A stretch of 64,000 nt of DNA from Nitrosopumilus sp. (lineage in GTDB: Archaea > Thermoproteota > Nitrososphaeria > Nitrososphaerales > Nitrosopumilaceae), in NCBI GenBank assembly GCA_965205675.1, contig OZ242186.1, positions 768,001 through 832,000 on the forward strand, in the 5' to 3' direction. This document shows positions 61,558 through 64,000 of this stretch, in pieces. Numbering within the stretch: the first letter of the stretch is position 1; the number at the start of each line of letters is the position of its first letter. A program made the position numbers and the translations under genes. The notes beneath the pieces were generated by a model. That model had not been told where the DNA came from, made no database searches, and saw only the letters and a program-made list of their open reading frames with translations.

Positions 61558-62999
61558 ATTTAAAAATCTCTGCCCTTGATTACATCCAAGAAGTAAAATC
61601 TGGAAATATTTCTGCTGAAGATTTTGTTGCAAGAACTATGGAACAAATTCAAAATGTTGATGACAAACTTCATGCATTTTTATCTGTAAATGATGATGCA
61701 ATCAATCAAGCTCGTAAAATTGATAAAAAAATAAAAACTGGAGATGGTGTTGGCGATTGTTTTGGCATGCCTATTTCCATTAAAGACAACATGTGCATCA
61801 AAGATTCAAAGACAACATGTGCATCAAAAATGCTTGAAAATTTTGTAGCGCCATATGATGCAACAGTAATTACAAAACTAAAACAACAAGATGCAATTTT
61901 TGTCGGTAAGGCAAACATGGATGAATTTGCAATGGGACTGACTACCGAATTTAGCGCATTTGGTCCTAGCAAAAATCCTTGGAATGTTGAATGTGTTCCG
62001 GGTGGCTCTTCTGGTGGCAGTGCAGTCTCTGTTAGTGCTTTTGAATGTGTTGCATCCCTTGGTTCTGACACTGGGGGTTCTGTAAGAAACCCTGCCAGTT
62101 TTTGTTCAACTGTAGGCTACAAACCAACATATGGTTTGATTAGTAGATATGGACTGATCTCGTATGCAAATAGCATTGAACAAATTGGCCCTCTTACTAG
62201 AACTGTAAAAGATGCTGCCTTTATGTTAAATATGATTGCAGGACTTGATTCTAATGACAACACAACTGTGGATAACCACAATGAGGATTATCTCTCAGGT
62301 ATAGATTTGGGCATAGAAGGCAAGAGAATTGGCATAATCCGGGAGATGATTGGCGATGGCATAGATTCTAAAGTTTTATCTGCAACAAAGACTGCTATTT
62401 CAAAATTAGAAGGGTTGGGGGCAATGTGCGAAGAAGTTTCCTTGGATATGGTCCGATATTCTGTTGCTGCCTACTATACAATCACTGCCACTGAAGCCGG
62501 CAGCAATCTTGCAAGATATGACAATTTGAGATATGGTTATGATTTTCCAGTTGAAGGCTATGAGTTTAATTCTTACATTGCAAAGGCTAGACGTAATTTT
62601 GGTCCAGAAGTAACAAGAAGAATGATTATTGGCGGATTTGTTCCTTCTGCAGGTCATGCAGGGAAATATTTCTTAAAGGCACTAAAAGTAAAAAGTAAAC
62701 TCACTAAAGAAATCAATGAAGCATTCACAAAATTTGATCTACTTGTAGCACCTACGGTTCCAATTTTACCTTTCAAGTTGGGTGAAAAAATTAACGATCC
62801 TATCTCTTTATTTTTAGTTGATATTAACACAGTTACTGCAAATCTTACGGGAAAACCTGCTATCTCCATTCCTTTTTCTATTTCAAATGGACTTCCTATT
62901 GGAATCCAATTAATGGCAGATTCAATGAATGACAAATTACTTTTGCAAGCAGCACATGCTTTGGAACAAACTGTTTCTTTACCGGAGATTCCATTATGA
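61554..62999 (+). CDS. gatA: Asp/Glu-tRNA amidotransferase subunit A
   Basis: KDN, MDEFAMG, PGGSSGGS, GSDTGGSVRNPA, SNLARYD. Confidence 0.96.
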   Translation: MNLKISALDYIQEVKSGNISAEDFVARTMEQIQNVDDKLHAFLSVNDDAINQARKIDKKIKTGDGVGDCFGMPISIKDNMCIKDSKTTCASKMLENFVAPYDATVITKLKQQDAIFVGKANMDEFAMGLTTEFSAFGPSKNPWNVECVPGGSSGGSAVSVSAFECVASLGSDTGGSVRNPASFCSTVGYKPTYGLISRYGLISYANSIEQIGPLTRTVKDAAFMLNMIAGLDSNDNTTVDNHNEDYLSGIDLGIEGKRIGIIREMIGDGIDSKVLSATKTAISKLEGLGAMCEEVSLDMVRYSVAAYYTITATEAGSNLARYDNLRYGYDFPVEGYEFNSYIAKARRNFGPEVTRRMIIGGFVPSAGHAGKYFLKALKVKSKLTKEINEAFTKFDLLVAPTVPILPFKLGEKINDPISLFLVDINTVTANLTGKPAISIPFSISNGLPIGIQLMADSMNDKLLLQAAHALEQTVSLPEIPL

Positions 63000-64000
63000 C
63001 TATGATAGGCTTAGAAATTCACTGTCAGCTAACTAATTTGAATAGTAAGTTATTTTGTTCATGTAAGGCAAACTATAGGAAGTTTGAGATTAATGAAAAC
63101 ATATGCCCTGTTTGTATGGGATTGCCTGGAAGCCTGCCTCGTCTAAATCAAGAAGCTGTAAAGAAAGCAACAATTATTGCCATGGCATTGAATTGTTCAA
63201 CCCCAAAACAAATTGCATTTTTTAGAAAAAATTATTTTTATCCAGACTCTCCAAAAAATTTTCAAATTACACAACTAAACATTTATGGTAATACCAGTGT
63301 TGGAGGTTCTGGCTCAATCATGGTAGGTGATAAAAAAATTAGAATTACTAGAATTCAGCTTGAAGAGGATCCTGGCAGATTAATTTACGAAGGGAGTTCT
63401 TCTAAAAACCAAATAACTTTGGTAGATTACAATCGTGCAGGCACGCCTTTAGTTGAAATTGTAACTGAGCCTGACTTTGAATCTCCTAAAGAAGTAAGGG
63501 ATTTTCTTAATATTCTGTCAGATATTCTTGCAAATCTTGGAGTTGCAGATCCTAGTCTGGAGGGGGCAATGAGAGCTGATGCCAACGTTTCAATTCAAGG
63601 TGGTAAAAAAGTTGAAATAAAAAACATTGGCTCGTTTCATGATTTAGAAAAAGCAGTTCATTTTGAAATTACAAGACAAGAAAGCTTGAATTCTCGTGAA
63701 ATAAAAATAATCCGAGAGACACGTCATTGGGATGATAGACGAAAAATTACAGTGTCTTCTCGCTCTAAAGAAGAAGAACTTGATTATCGCTATCTCTTAG
63801 AAGCTGACATACCATGGATTACAATTGATCCCCAGATTCAAAAGAAACTTGAATTAGCAATGCCTGAAAGTATTAGTTCTAAAAAAGAACGCTATACTAT
63901 AAAATATAATATTCCTCAACAAGTTGCAGATGTATTATCTTCTGATAAATATTATTCTGATCTATTTGAAGCAGCACACACTGAATCTAATGCAAAAGAA
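62996..64000 (+). CDS. gatB: Asp/Glu-tRNA amidotransferase subunit B (partial, runs off the window)
   Basis: MTMIGLEIHCQL, CPVCMGLPG, RKNYFYPD, DYNRAGTPLVEIVTEP. Confidence 0.96.
   Translation, partial: MTMIGLEIHCQLTNLNSKLFCSCKANYRKFEINENICPVCMGLPGSLPRLNQEAVKKATIIAMALNCSTPKQIAFFRKNYFYPDSPKNFQITQLNIYGNTSVGGSGSIMVGDKKIRITRIQLEEDPGRLIYEGSSSKNQITLVDYNRAGTPLVEIVTEPDFESPKEVRDFLNILSDILANLGVADPSLEGAMRADANVSIQGGKKVEIKNIGSFHDLEKAVHFEITRQESLNSREIKIIRETRHWDDRRKITVSSRSKEEELDYRYLLEADIPWITIDPQIQKKLELAMPESISSKKERYTIKYNIPQQVADVLSSDKYYSDLFEAAHTESNAKE

Noticed and set aside
1369-62935. Many short antisense or overlapping ORFs in the track, and N-terminal extensions of thi4, pgp, adh, ykgJ, eif1a, thrS and pfkB
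   Set aside because: They overlap well-supported genes and lack motifs; downstream starts fit family N-termini better.

Overview
AT-rich archaeal DNA from a Nitrosopumilaceae-like ammonia-oxidising thaumarchaeon (TFB, aIF-1A, S8e, S26e, SRP19, Gar1, archaeal ThrRS/AspRS, gatCAB, intron-containing tRNAs). The core backbone carries a sulfur/thiamine cluster (tusA, cysteine synthase, trxB, thi4, sulfite reductase, rhodanese), argS, ssb, a tetrapyrrole cluster (hemA, hemB, sirC, ahbAB, ChdC-like), sufC, scpAB, thrS, speB and aspS-gatCAB. It is overlaid with an unusually dense, nested set of insertion sequences from about eleven families or groups, many of them decayed, which suggests a host-associated lineage (inference). 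Most notable: (i) an IS110/IS1111-type element whose 3' non-coding hairpin holds guide-like segments matching its own reconstructed insertion site in an ISH3 transposase remnant; (ii) an accessory island with a stand-alone Mre11/Rad50 pair, a HAD pseudogene, a HARE-HTH/PD-(D/E)XK nuclease and a RusA-like remnant; (iii) a pure KRKAA(P/T)-repeat histone-H1-like protein beside a 123-triplet collagen-like protein; (iv) a 140-bp MITE and a 16-nt templated insertion, both traceable to one ISL2-like element. All calls come from reading the sequence by eye; no database searches were run.
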